A stretch of DNA of 26,239 nucleotides, from positions 1-26,239 of the forward strand of contig CAWAXX010000021.1 of NCBI GenBank assembly GCA_963786105.1. The letters run 5' to 3'. The notes below the pieces were generated by a model. It saw nothing but the letters and a program-made list of their open reading frames with translations. It did no database searches and had not been told where the DNA came from. Shown piece after piece: positions 10,616 to 18,525 of this stretch; within the stretch, counting starts at the first letter, position 1; each line of letters begins with the position of its first letter. The position numbers and the translations under genes are program-made. The stretch is from Vulcanimicrobiota bacterium. GTDB taxonomy: Bacteria > Vulcanimicrobiota > Vulcanimicrobiia > Vulcanimicrobiales > Vulcanimicrobiaceae.

Positions 10616-10652
10616 AAAAGCGGCGGGCCCCGGCTAAAAGCCGGGGCCCGCC
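10616..10652 (-). terminator. Intrinsic terminator after paralog 1
   Basis: Perfect 14-bp stem GGCGGGCCCCGGCT-TTT-AGCCGGGGCCCGCC followed by GCTTTT on the minus strand. Confidence 0.85.
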
Positions 10653-10675
10653 CCATTCCAGTGGCGCCTGCTTCC

Positions 10676-11968
10676 TTAGAACTTGATGCCGAGGCCCACG
10701 AAGGGGCCGTTGGCGGTCGAGTTCGACGGCGCATTGGTCTTGTTGGTAAGGTTGTCACCCATCCAGCCGGCTTCGATAAAGACCGGGCTGTTGCCGATGA
10801 CGTAGTCTAAGCCCGCCTGGTATTTGTACAGATTGTACGCGAGCGAGGCCGAGACGGCCGCGTTTGAGAAGTTCCCCTTGACGTTCGGATAGTACCAGAA
10901 GCTACCGAAAAACGACAGCGGGACGTTGAGGTCCGGAAGTTTCTCGACGCCGAATCCGACGCCGTTCATGTTCGGGTAGCCGTAGTTAGTCGAACGCCAT
11001 AGGTAACCGACCCCAATGTAGACGCGTGGATTAAGCACGCGAATACCCAAGCGGGCGTCGACGTCCGTATCCCGCGCCGTGAAGGCCGGAACGAACGTCT
11101 GATAACCGCCGCCGATCCCGGTGACGAAGCACTGCCGATCGACGCTGGTCGAAGTTGGGTTGCTGCCGCAGTTGTGCGGATAGCCGTATTGTTCGAACGC
11201 ACCTTCGACCATCCAAGGAATGTTCAGCGCGTTGAACTCTAAGGCTCCGCGAACCGCGTACGAACTCGTTCCGGTGTTGCCGGGGCTGAATTCGTTGTAC
11301 ACCTTGGGCGAGATGATGTAGTCACCCGCGACGAAGATGTCGTTATACGGCGTCTTGACCGGAGCCGGCGTAGGCGTCGGCGGCGGTGGCGGCGGCGGAG
11401 CGCTTGCGGGCGGCGGCGGCGGCGTCGCCGGCAGATACCGAACGACGACGAGCTGCCGATCCGGAACCCATTGCACGTACGCTCCCATGCCTTCCGATAT
11501 TACGCGGACCGGCACGAGCACGTTGCCCTGGTAGATGATCGGCGGAACGTCCAGCGGACGCGACTCACCGTTGACCACAACTTCCGGCTTGCCGACGGTC
11601 ACCTTGACCTCCGAGCCCGGTTTGCTCACCGTCGCCGTCTTGCTCGCCTCGTCGTACGACACGGTCGCACCCATTTGCTCGAACATCGAGCGTAACGGAA
11701 TGAGAATCGTGCCGCCCTTGACCAGCGCCGCGAGAACGCGGCTCTGTTTGAGGACGTCGGGTTTGCTGTAGACATGGTGATCGTTATAGAGAATCGGGAT
11801 CTGCCCCGAAGGTGGAGTTCCGAAGTTCGCCGCCGGTGGCGACCCCGCTTGCGCTACACTGTTTCCTACGTTTCCAGATGTTTGCGCATTCGACGGGGCC
11901 GCGACGGCATTGAGACCGCACGTCGCCGTAATCAGCGCCGCGAGGACTCCGGTGCTCAGTCGTTTCAC
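10676..11968 (-). CDS. Secreted protein, paralog 1: copper amine oxidase N-terminal-like domain, Pro-rich linker, putative outer-membrane beta-barrel
   Basis: Same architecture as 9216-10511; signal peptide MKRLSTGVLAALITA; ends FVGLGIKF; strong SD TAAGGAGG with GTG start. Confidence 0.8.
   Translation of the reverse strand: MKRLSTGVLAALITATCGLNAVAAPSNAQTSGNVGNSVAQAGSPPAANFGTPPSGQIPILYNDHHVYSKPDVLKQSRVLAALVKGGTILIPLRSMFEQMGATVSYDEASKTATVSKPGSEVKVTVGKPEVVVNGESRPLDVPPIIYQGNVLVPVRVISEGMGAYVQWVPDRQLVVVRYLPATPPPPPASAPPPPPPPTPTPAPVKTPYNDIFVAGDYIISPKVYNEFSPGNTGTSSYAVRGALEFNALNIPWMVEGAFEQYGYPHNCGSNPTSTSVDRQCFVTGIGGGYQTFVPAFTARDTDVDARLGIRVLNPRVYIGVGYLWRSTNYGYPNMNGVGFGVEKLPDLNVPLSFFGSFWYYPNVKGNFSNAAVSASLAYNLYKYQAGLDYVIGNSPVFIEAGWMGDNLTNKTNAPSNSTANGPFVGLGIKF
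11421..11854. repeat. Direct repeat copy 2 (~434 bp), N-terminal domain of paralog 1
   Basis: Counterpart of 9982-10415. Confidence 0.9.
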
Positions 11969-12089
11969 GAATGCCTCCTTAAAGGATGTTGCGTGAGCTA
12001 TGCGCAGGCGCGAGCTCGCGTCTGCCAGCCCTTTGGGACCCAGCCCGCACCGCTAGGGTTGCCGTGCCGAGCCCTCAGCACGGTAGCCG

Positions 12090-13286
12090 TTATTCCCCGA
12101 TTGTCATAGGAGGTAAACGCCACAACCAGGCGATTCCAACCAAAGTCTCACTCGCAGCCAACGCGAACGCAACCCTGGGACCCTGCGCCCCGCTAAGCGC
12201 GAGACGCGCCAATACCGCGGTCGTCAGAGCCGGTGCAACGATTTGGGGCAGAATGACCGCTAAATTCCACACACCCATGGTCGTCGCAAGGGCCCCGGGT
12301 GGAAGCACGCGGCAGGCAATTGCCCAATCGGCAACCAGAAAAACACCCCATCCCAATCCCGCGACCAGCGTCGCAGCGGCCGCACCCGCAAAGCCGTGCG
12401 AAAAGATGAACACGCCCAACGCAACGATCACGATGCCGCCGCCGGCCGACGCCACCAGGCGCTTGTCGCTACGATCGCTTGGGCGCGCCGCCGCAGCCGC
12501 ACCAAGCGCGCCGACCAACGTAAAGACGAGAATCAAGATGCCGCTTTCCGATTTCACCGCGCCGAGCGTCGGCGGCGCGAGCACGTCGCGAACGTAGAAG
12601 AGCAAATACCCTAGAAGCGTGTAAAAGCCCACGTACACGAGCGCCCGCGAGATGAAGAGATCGACGAAGGCGCGGGTAACCCGCACGGGTTCGCGAACCG
12701 TCGCTCGTTCGAGCGTGAGCCCGCGTACGTGCCCGCAGGTGACCGCGCACGTGCCGATCAGCATTGCCGTCAGCGACCCGGCGAGAACTCGCGCGTCGTT
12801 GACGTACGCCGCCAGTACGGCGCCCAACGCGTTGCCCGCACTCTGCAACGCGGCCATCCACGACGATGCAACGCCGAATTTCGCGCGCGCGATCGCGTCT
12901 GGAATTATCGCTTGGTACGGGCCGATCGCAACGTTCAACCCGGCCTGTAGAACGACGAAGGCTAGCGTCAGTGCACCGAAACTCTTCGCTCCAAAAAAGA
13001 ACTCCAGCGCGACGGCACCCACCAGCGTGCCAACGACGTAGAACTCGACGCGGCGGCTTCCGCGCCGGCGCCGCGCGTCGGACCACGGACCAACTGCGAC
13101 CTGCACGATCGCCGCGACGACGGCACCCAGGGTCGCAAGACGCCCGTATGCCAGGAGCGCGCCGGAGCTCCCAACCAGTTCGATCGTGCGGGCCTGCAAC
13201 GAGATCCCGAGCAACGCCCCCCATACGGCTTGAATACCAAGCCAGAAAAGCCCGATGCGGAGCGGGTTAGGGGTTTTCGCAAGCAT
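12090..13286 (-). CDS. MFS transporter
   Basis: 398 aa with about 12 hydrophobic segments; motif A-like GPWSDARRRRGSRR and RPSDRSDKR; YQAIIPD. Overlaps the upstream gene by 20 nt. Confidence 0.85.
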   Translation of the reverse strand: MLAKTPNPLRIGLFWLGIQAVWGALLGISLQARTIELVGSSGALLAYGRLATLGAVVAAIVQVAVGPWSDARRRRGSRRVEFYVVGTLVGAVALEFFFGAKSFGALTLAFVVLQAGLNVAIGPYQAIIPDAIARAKFGVASSWMAALQSAGNALGAVLAAYVNDARVLAGSLTAMLIGTCAVTCGHVRGLTLERATVREPVRVTRAFVDLFISRALVYVGFYTLLGYLLFYVRDVLAPPTLGAVKSESGILILVFTLVGALGAAAAARPSDRSDKRLVASAGGGIVIVALGVFIFSHGFAGAAAATLVAGLGWGVFLVADWAIACRVLPPGALATTMGVWNLAVILPQIVAPALTTAVLARLALSGAQGPRVAFALAASETLVGIAWLWRLPPMTIGE

Positions 13287-14001
13287 ACCGGTACTCCGCG
13301 ATCGTGTCGGCGTCGAAGGCGAGTTCCGGCGCGCAGTCGCGTACCGCAGCGGCTGGGTGCTTGACGACTCGGTGCGCTTCGCGTTCGATGTGCGCGACGC
13401 TAAGGCGGCCGGCCGCCAAGCGGAGCATCGCTACCGGACTGACCAGCGTGGCCATTCGCCACGGCGCTTTACGCGCGTCGAACAATCGGGTCGCCAGATC
13501 GGCGACGCGCGCTCGGCTGCCGCCGGGCAACGAGAAGATACCGCCGTTAACGACGCGTTCGCGAGCCAAGTCGATCCCGCACGGAGGCGCGCCGGGGAAG
13601 CGCGCCTCGAACGTCGCGTGTTCGGACACCGCCATGGCAATCGCCCCGTCTGGAACGCGTCGCACGAAGTCGGCAATCGCATCGGCGGTGACGTAGGGCA
13701 AATCGCTCGTCGCGTAAAGTAACGGCTCGCCGTCCTCTTGCCACGCCCGTAGTGCGCGCAACACGTTCTCGGCTCCCGACGGGCTTTCGTCCACGATTCG
13801 CTCGACGCGATCGGCGCATGCGTCGCGCACGTCCGTTCCGCCGACTACCGCGATGCGGGTAACGCCGGCACCGCGGAGAGAATCGATGATTCGGTCGAGC
13901 ATCGTCGCCCCGCGTACGAACGCCAAAGCCTTGACTTCGGTGCCCGCCTCGTCGGCATACGGCGCGCCGATGCGTCCGCCGGCGGTGATGACGGCCTTCA
14001 C
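13267..14001 (-). CDS. MobA-like nucleotidyltransferase family protein
   Basis: KAVITAGGR, KAL, ATSDLP and FDADT motifs of the NTP_transf_3 fold; GTGA overlap with the DUF72 stop. Confidence 0.8.
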   Translation of the reverse strand: MKAVITAGGRIGAPYADEAGTEVKALAFVRGATMLDRIIDSLRGAGVTRIAVVGGTDVRDACADRVERIVDESPSGAENVLRALRAWQEDGEPLLYATSDLPYVTADAIADFVRRVPDGAIAMAVSEHATFEARFPGAPPCGIDLARERVVNGGIFSLPGGSRARVADLATRLFDARKAPWRMATLVSPVAMLRLAAGRLSVAHIEREAHRVVKHPAAAVRDCAPELAFDADTIAEYRYACENP

Positions 14002-14867
14002 GACTCGGAGATCCCCGGCAGCGAGCTTTGCAGCGGCCGCTTCCCGGGACCGTGCGCGATGACGTCCCGCGCGCGTCCTCCGTAGCGTCGATCCAACATC
14101 GACGCCATCATTTCCGCGTTGCGCGGTGCGTGTCCGTCGGCATGGTTGTTAAAAAAGACGTACGTGTCGTTCGTCTGCGCATCGATGTCCGCGATGCGCT
14201 CGATCCACGGTACCAGCTCCTGCGGCGAGTACGCATAATCGTAGCGCGTCACGTTGTTGCCGTTCCACCACGTTTTGGCGTTTCGTCCGTGAAACCGCAC
14301 GTATCCCACGCTCGCGGTGGCATCGGACGACGCGCCAAGCAAACCCTCAAGGTACGGCATATCGACGTTGCAGTACCCCGCACCCAACTCCCGCAAAAGC
14401 TCGATCGTTTCGGGTCGCTGCCATAGGCGGTTGCGAAACTCGACAACGACCGGTAGACCCTGCAGCGCCTCCACCACGTGTCCCAGGTAGGCCTCGCCGC
14501 CGTTTTCGGGTTTGAAAGCGTTTGGAAACTGCGCCAGGACGCATCCGAGCTTGCCCGCTCCCTTCATCGAGTCCAAACTCTCGCAAAATAGGCGCGCATC
14601 GTCGTGCACGCGCACCGGCCATCGCAAATCTGGCGCATGAGTGACCGTCTGCGGAACCTTGAAACTGAACCGGAAATTTGCCGGCGTGCGGGCCGCCATC
14701 GACTCCACCGTGCGCGGGGACGGGACGCCGTAGTAGCTCGAATCGACTTCGACCGCGCAAAACTCCCGCGCGTAGTAGCGCAACATTTCAGCTGGCTTGA
14801 TTTTCGCAGGATAAAACGGCCCGATCCATTCCTTGTACGAAAAACCGCACGTCCCGACGTAGATCAT
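13998..14867 (-). CDS. DUF72 (YecE-like) protein
   Basis: MIYVGTCGFSYKEW, VEVDSSYY, FSFK, VEFRN, YVRFHGRN, RYDYAY and YVFFNNH motifs. Start moved to the ATG at 14867. Confidence 0.9.
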   Translation of the reverse strand: MIYVGTCGFSYKEWIGPFYPAKIKPAEMLRYYAREFCAVEVDSSYYGVPSPRTVESMAARTPANFRFSFKVPQTVTHAPDLRWPVRVHDDARLFCESLDSMKGAGKLGCVLAQFPNAFKPENGGEAYLGHVVEALQGLPVVVEFRNRLWQRPETIELLRELGAGYCNVDMPYLEGLLGASSDATASVGYVRFHGRNAKTWWNGNNVTRYDYAYSPQELVPWIERIADIDAQTNDTYVFFNNHADGHAPRNAEMMASMLDRRYGGRARDVIAHGPGKRPLQSSLPGISES

Positions 14868-14892
14868 TCTCGCTCGTTCACGAACTCCTCGC

Positions 14893-14929
14893 AAAGGAAT
14901 CGGGCCCGGCGGTCCGCCGAGCCCGATTC
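14893..14929 (-). terminator. Probable intrinsic terminator after rpsM
   Basis: Minus strand GAATCGGGCTCGGCG-GAC-CGCCGGGCCCGATTC (15 bp, one G-U pair) followed by CTTT. Confidence 0.7.
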
Positions 14930-14937
14930 GATTCACC

Positions 14938-15324
14938 TTACTTCTTGGCCGCGACCTTCTTCTTACCGGCCACCGTGCGCTTGGGTCCTTTTCGGGTCCG
15001 CGCGTTCGTTTTGGTCCGCTGTCCCCGAACGGGCAAGCCGCGCCGGTGGCGGACGCCGCGGTAGCACCCGATGTCCATCAAACGCTTGATGTTCCCCTGA
15101 ACCTCGCGCCGTAAGTCTCCCTCCACGCGCAGCGCCAGCACGTCGATCGCGTCGCGCAGCTTCTTTTCGTCGTCTTCGCTCATGCTCTTTACGCGCAAAT
15201 CCGGGCTGATGCCGGTTTGGCTCAGCAGCTTCCTCGCGGTAGTCGGACCAATGCCGTAAATATACGTAAGCGCGATTTCGACGCGCTTTTCTCGCGGAAG
15301 ATCGATGCCGGCGATACGAGCCAT
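14938..15324 (-). CDS. rpsM: 30S ribosomal protein uS13
   Basis: [39 protein letters not shown]. Confidence 0.98.
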   Translation of the reverse strand: MARIAGIDLPREKRVEIALTYIYGIGPTTARKLLSQTGISPDLRVKSMSEDDEKKLRDAIDVLALRVEGDLRREVQGNIKRLMDIGCYRGVRHRRGLPVRGQRTKTNARTRKGPKRTVAGKKKVAAKK

Positions 15325-15334
15325 AATTACCCTT

Positions 15335-15451
15335 CTACCCCTGAACCTGTTTGTGTTTGGGGTTAACGTCGCAAATCACTCGCACTTTTCCCTCGCGCCG
15401 AATGATCTTGCACTTTTCACAGATACGCTTGACTGACGGTCTAACTTTCAC
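15335..15451 (-). CDS. rpmJ: 50S ribosomal protein bL36 (zinc-ribbon type)
   Basis: GTG start, (M)[37 protein letters not shown], 38 aa. Confidence 0.96.
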   Translation of the reverse strand: MKVRPSVKRICEKCKIIRREGKVRVICDVNPKHKQVQG

Positions 15452-15459
15452 GTTTGACA

Positions 15460-15602
15460 GGCACTCCGCCCTGGGCTCCGTGCCCCCCACGCTGCGCGCG
15501 GGGCCGCCGGACCATGGGCGCCTCATAGTTTCGGTTGTTAAAAGGCGCTACGGCCCAGCCTCCGCGCCCCCCACTTGGTGGGGCCCCCGGACCGTGGGCG
15601 CC
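15460..15602 (-). repeat. Tandem pair of ~60-nt self-complementary repeats (15460-15522 and 15544-15602), candidate cis-regulatory RNA
   Basis: Minus-strand copies GGCGCCCAcGGTCCGGgGGCCCCac-caa-GTGGGGGGCgCGGAGg...AGcGCC and GGCGCCCAtGGTCCGGcGGCCCCgcgc-gca-gcGTGGGGGGCaCGGAGc...AGtGCC. Both are preceded by ACTATGA. Confidence 0.75.
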
Positions 15603-15714
15603 TGTGTCATAGTGGTTAGCTCGAGGCTCCCCGAGGGGCGCCCAAACCAACGGGCACTCGTTGCAATGCTGCCATCGGGACTTCGTCAGGCTTTGCATGG
15701 CAAGGACGCTTCAA

Positions 15715-16518
15715 TCATACGTGGGCTTCCTGGGCGGGGCGATACTGCTCGGCATGCGCCGGTTCGGCGAAGTCTCGCAGGGTGAGGATCTTCGGCCCCG
15801 CGTCGGTTACCGCGATCGTATGCTCGAAGTGCGCTGCGAGTTTACCATCTGCGGTGACGACTGTCCAGCCGTCTTTGAGGATATTCACCTTGTGGGTGCC
15901 CTGGGTGATCATCGGCTCGACGGCCAGCACGAGCCCGGGCCGTAACTCCATCCCCGCTCCAGGGGAGCCGAAATTCGGGACTTGCGGCTCTTCGTGCATC
16001 TCCCGCCCGACGCCGTGACCGACGAGATCGCGAACCACGCCGAAGCCGTGCTTCTCGGCATGCGCTTGGACGGCCGCGCCAATGTCGCCGAGATGATTTC
16101 CGCTCTGCATTGCCGCGATTCCGAGCATCAAACACTCTTGGGTAACGTCGAGCAACCGCTGTGCGTCCGCCGAAATCGTGCCGACCGCGACGGTCGCGGC
16201 GCTGTCGCTCACGTAGCCCTCGAACGTCGTGCCGATGTCGATCGACAGCAGATCTCCGTCGCGCAGGCGTCGCGATCCGGGAATGCCGTGCACGACCTCG
16301 TTGTCGATGGAAGCGCAAATCGAGCCCGTGAAGCCGTGATAACCCTTGAACGTCGGCACGCCGCCGAGTTCTCGAATTCCCTTTTCCGCCATGGCGTCGA
16401 GGTCGCCCGTACTCATTCCGGGGCGCACGGCCTGCATGAGCGCCGTGAGGACTTTCGCCGTGATCTTGCCGCTGCGGCGCATTATCTCGATCTCGCGAGC
16501 GGACTTCAGCGCCACCAT
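15715..16518 (-). CDS. map: Methionine aminopeptidase, type I
   Basis: [39 protein letters not shown]. Confidence 0.97.
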   Translation of the reverse strand: MVALKSAREIEIMRRSGKITAKVLTALMQAVRPGMSTGDLDAMAEKGIRELGGVPTFKGYHGFTGSICASIDNEVVHGIPGSRRLRDGDLLSIDIGTTFEGYVSDSAATVAVGTISADAQRLLDVTQECLMLGIAAMQSGNHLGDIGAAVQAHAEKHGFGVVRDLVGHGVGREMHEEPQVPNFGSPGAGMELRPGLVLAVEPMITQGTHKVNILKDGWTVVTADGKLAAHFEHTIAVTDAGPKILTLRDFAEPAHAEQYRPAQEAHV

Positions 16519-17171
16519 TAGTGTCCCGCGTGCTCCATCCCGATAGATCGCACCAACTGATCGGCGACGACCGAAACGTTTCGTAAGGCGTCGACCTCTA
16601 CGAGTTTGCCGGTTTTACGATAGTAGTCGATCAACGGTCGCGTCTGCGCGTCGTACACGTCGAGTCGCTTGGCCACCGTCTCCGGAAGGTCGTCGACGCG
16701 CTGAATCAGCGGTCCGCCGTCGTCGTCGTCGATGCCCGCTTTCTTCGGCGGGTTCGTGACCGAATTGTATGTGCGCCCGTTGCGCGGATTCGACCAGCGG
16801 GCGCTCAGCCGCGAGATCAGCGTCGCGCGATCGGCGTCGAATAACACGACCGCGTCGATCGGCCAGCCCTTCCGTGCGAGCATCGCGTCGAGCGCTCGTG
16901 CCTGCGCTACCGTGCGCGGAAAACCGTCCATGATGAATCCCGACGGCCGGGCGTCCAACTCACGGCCGATCATGTCCACGATCAGGTCGTCCGGAACCAG
17001 CTCGCCGCGCTGCATGTATCCTTCCGCTTGTCTTCCCAGGGGCGTCCCCTGCGCGCGGTGACGGCGCAGGATGTCGCCCGTCGAGATCTGATTCACGCCG
17101 AAACGATCCTCCAAGATGCGCGCCTGCGTTCCTTTGCCGGCGCCCGGAGGCCCGAGAAAGATGAGTCGCAC
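16518..17171 (-). CDS. adk: Adenylate kinase
   Basis: GTG start 2 nt after the secY stop; LIFLGPPGAGKGTQA, ISTGDILR, DGFPRT, QRVDD. Confidence 0.97.
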   Translation of the reverse strand: MRLIFLGPPGAGKGTQARILEDRFGVNQISTGDILRRHRAQGTPLGRQAEGYMQRGELVPDDLIVDMIGRELDARPSGFIMDGFPRTVAQARALDAMLARKGWPIDAVVLFDADRATLISRLSARWSNPRNGRTYNSVTNPPKKAGIDDDDGGPLIQRVDDLPETVAKRLDVYDAQTRPLIDYYRKTGKLVEVDALRNVSVVADQLVRSIGMEHAGH

Positions 17172-17173
17172 GG

Positions 17174-18505
17174 CTACCGTTTGATGAAGCCGCGGTAATC
17201 GCGCATCGCCAGCCGGGCTTCGATTTGCGTGATCGTATCCAGCGCGACGCCTACGACGATCAAAAGCGAGGTCGAACCGAGATAGAACGTCGTGACCGAC
17301 AGCCCGCGCTGCACCGCCCCGGGAAGCACCGCGAGCAATCCGAGATAAATCGCCGCCGCGGTGGTGATGCGCAGAAGGATCTTGTTGAGGTAGTCCACGG
17401 TCGGCTGACCTGGGCGTATTCCCGGGATGAAGGCGCCCGTCTTCTTCAAGTTGTCGGCGACGTCGCGCGTGTTGAGCACGATCGAACTGTAGAAGAACGT
17501 AAACACGACGACGAGCAAGAAATACACGAGATTGTAGAGCCAGCCGTTGACCGAGAAGTGCACGTTGAACGCCTCCGACCAGGCGGCCGCGTTGATCGGA
17601 AACTCGATGGGGCCCAGTAATCGGAAGTACGACGGCGCAACGCCGGTGTGTGCGAACCACGACAGGGCTTGCTGCGGCAGAAGCAGGATGGAGATCGCGA
17701 AGATGATCGAGATCACACCCGCGTTGTTGAGGCGCAGCGGAATGTAGGTCGAGCGACCGGCGAACATCTTACGCCCGACGGTACGCCTGGCCTGCTGGAC
17801 CGGAACGCGCCGCTGCCCCTGGTAGAGGAAGATGATCGAGACGATCACCACCAGCGCGACGACGATGTAGAGAACGATGTTCAGGATCGATTCCGCACCC
17901 TGCGAGGCCGACGAGAACGTCTGGGTCGCGTAGGTCGGGAAGCGCAGCACGATGCCGATAAAGATGATCAGCGAGACGCCGTTGCCGATGCCCTTGTCGC
18001 TGATTTGCTCGCCGAGCCACATTAAGAACAGCGTTCCGGCTACCATCGCGATGATCGCGAACAGCAAGTACCAGATGCTATGATCGTAAAAGACGCCGTA
18101 CTTCTCCATCGCGTTGGCCATGAAGGTCGCCTGCATGGTCGCCAGCACGATCGTCAGCCACCGCGTGTATTGGCTGATTTTCTTCCGGCCTTCCTCGCCG
18201 CCTTTCTTGGCCAGCTCTTCCAACTGGGGCATGACCACCGTCATCAGCTGCATGATGATCGACGCGTTGATGTAGGGCGTGATGCCCATCGCGATGACCG
18301 AAAGTTTCTGAAGCGCTCCGCCGGAGAGAAAGCCGAGCAGGTTATAAAAGGCGCCACCTTGCAGCGCTTGCTGCCACGCCTTTTGGTTCACGTCGGGGAG
18401 TTGCACGTGGATCATGAAAACGAACCACGCAAAGGCGAATAGCACGAACAAGATTCGTTGCCGGATTTCGGGTACGAGGACGGCCGCGCGCAGGTTGTTG
18501 AACAC
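17174..18505 (-). CDS. secY: Preprotein translocase subunit SecY
   Basis: AMGITPYINASIIMQL, WLGEQISDKGIGNGVSLIIF, FIPGIRPG, STSLLIVVGVALDT. Confidence 0.98.
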   Translation of the reverse strand: MFNNLRAAVLVPEIRQRILFVLFAFAWFVFMIHVQLPDVNQKAWQQALQGGAFYNLLGFLSGGALQKLSVIAMGITPYINASIIMQLMTVVMPQLEELAKKGGEEGRKKISQYTRWLTIVLATMQATFMANAMEKYGVFYDHSIWYLLFAIIAMVAGTLFLMWLGEQISDKGIGNGVSLIIFIGIVLRFPTYATQTFSSASQGAESILNIVLYIVVALVVIVSIIFLYQGQRRVPVQQARRTVGRKMFAGRSTYIPLRLNNAGVISIIFAISILLLPQQALSWFAHTGVAPSYFRLLGPIEFPINAAAWSEAFNVHFSVNGWLYNLVYFLLVVVFTFFYSSIVLNTRDVADNLKKTGAFIPGIRPGQPTVDYLNKILLRITTAAAIYLGLLAVLPGAVQRGLSVTTFYLGSTSLLIVVGVALDTITQIEARLAMRDYRGFIKR

Positions 18506-18525
18506 TCTAGTGTCCCGCCTCCACT

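Noticed and set aside
8934..14937. Inserted block as a mobile element or prophage
   Set aside because: No integrase, transposase, terminal repeats or evident compositional shift.
15441..15698. 85-aa ORF in the infA position
   Set aside because: No IF-1 similarity; it runs through the structured repeats and overlaps the rpmJ start out of frame.
17172..17660. Apparent 163-aa N-terminal extension of Adk
   Set aside because: It lies out of frame inside secY; the GTG at 17171 gives a normal-length Adk.
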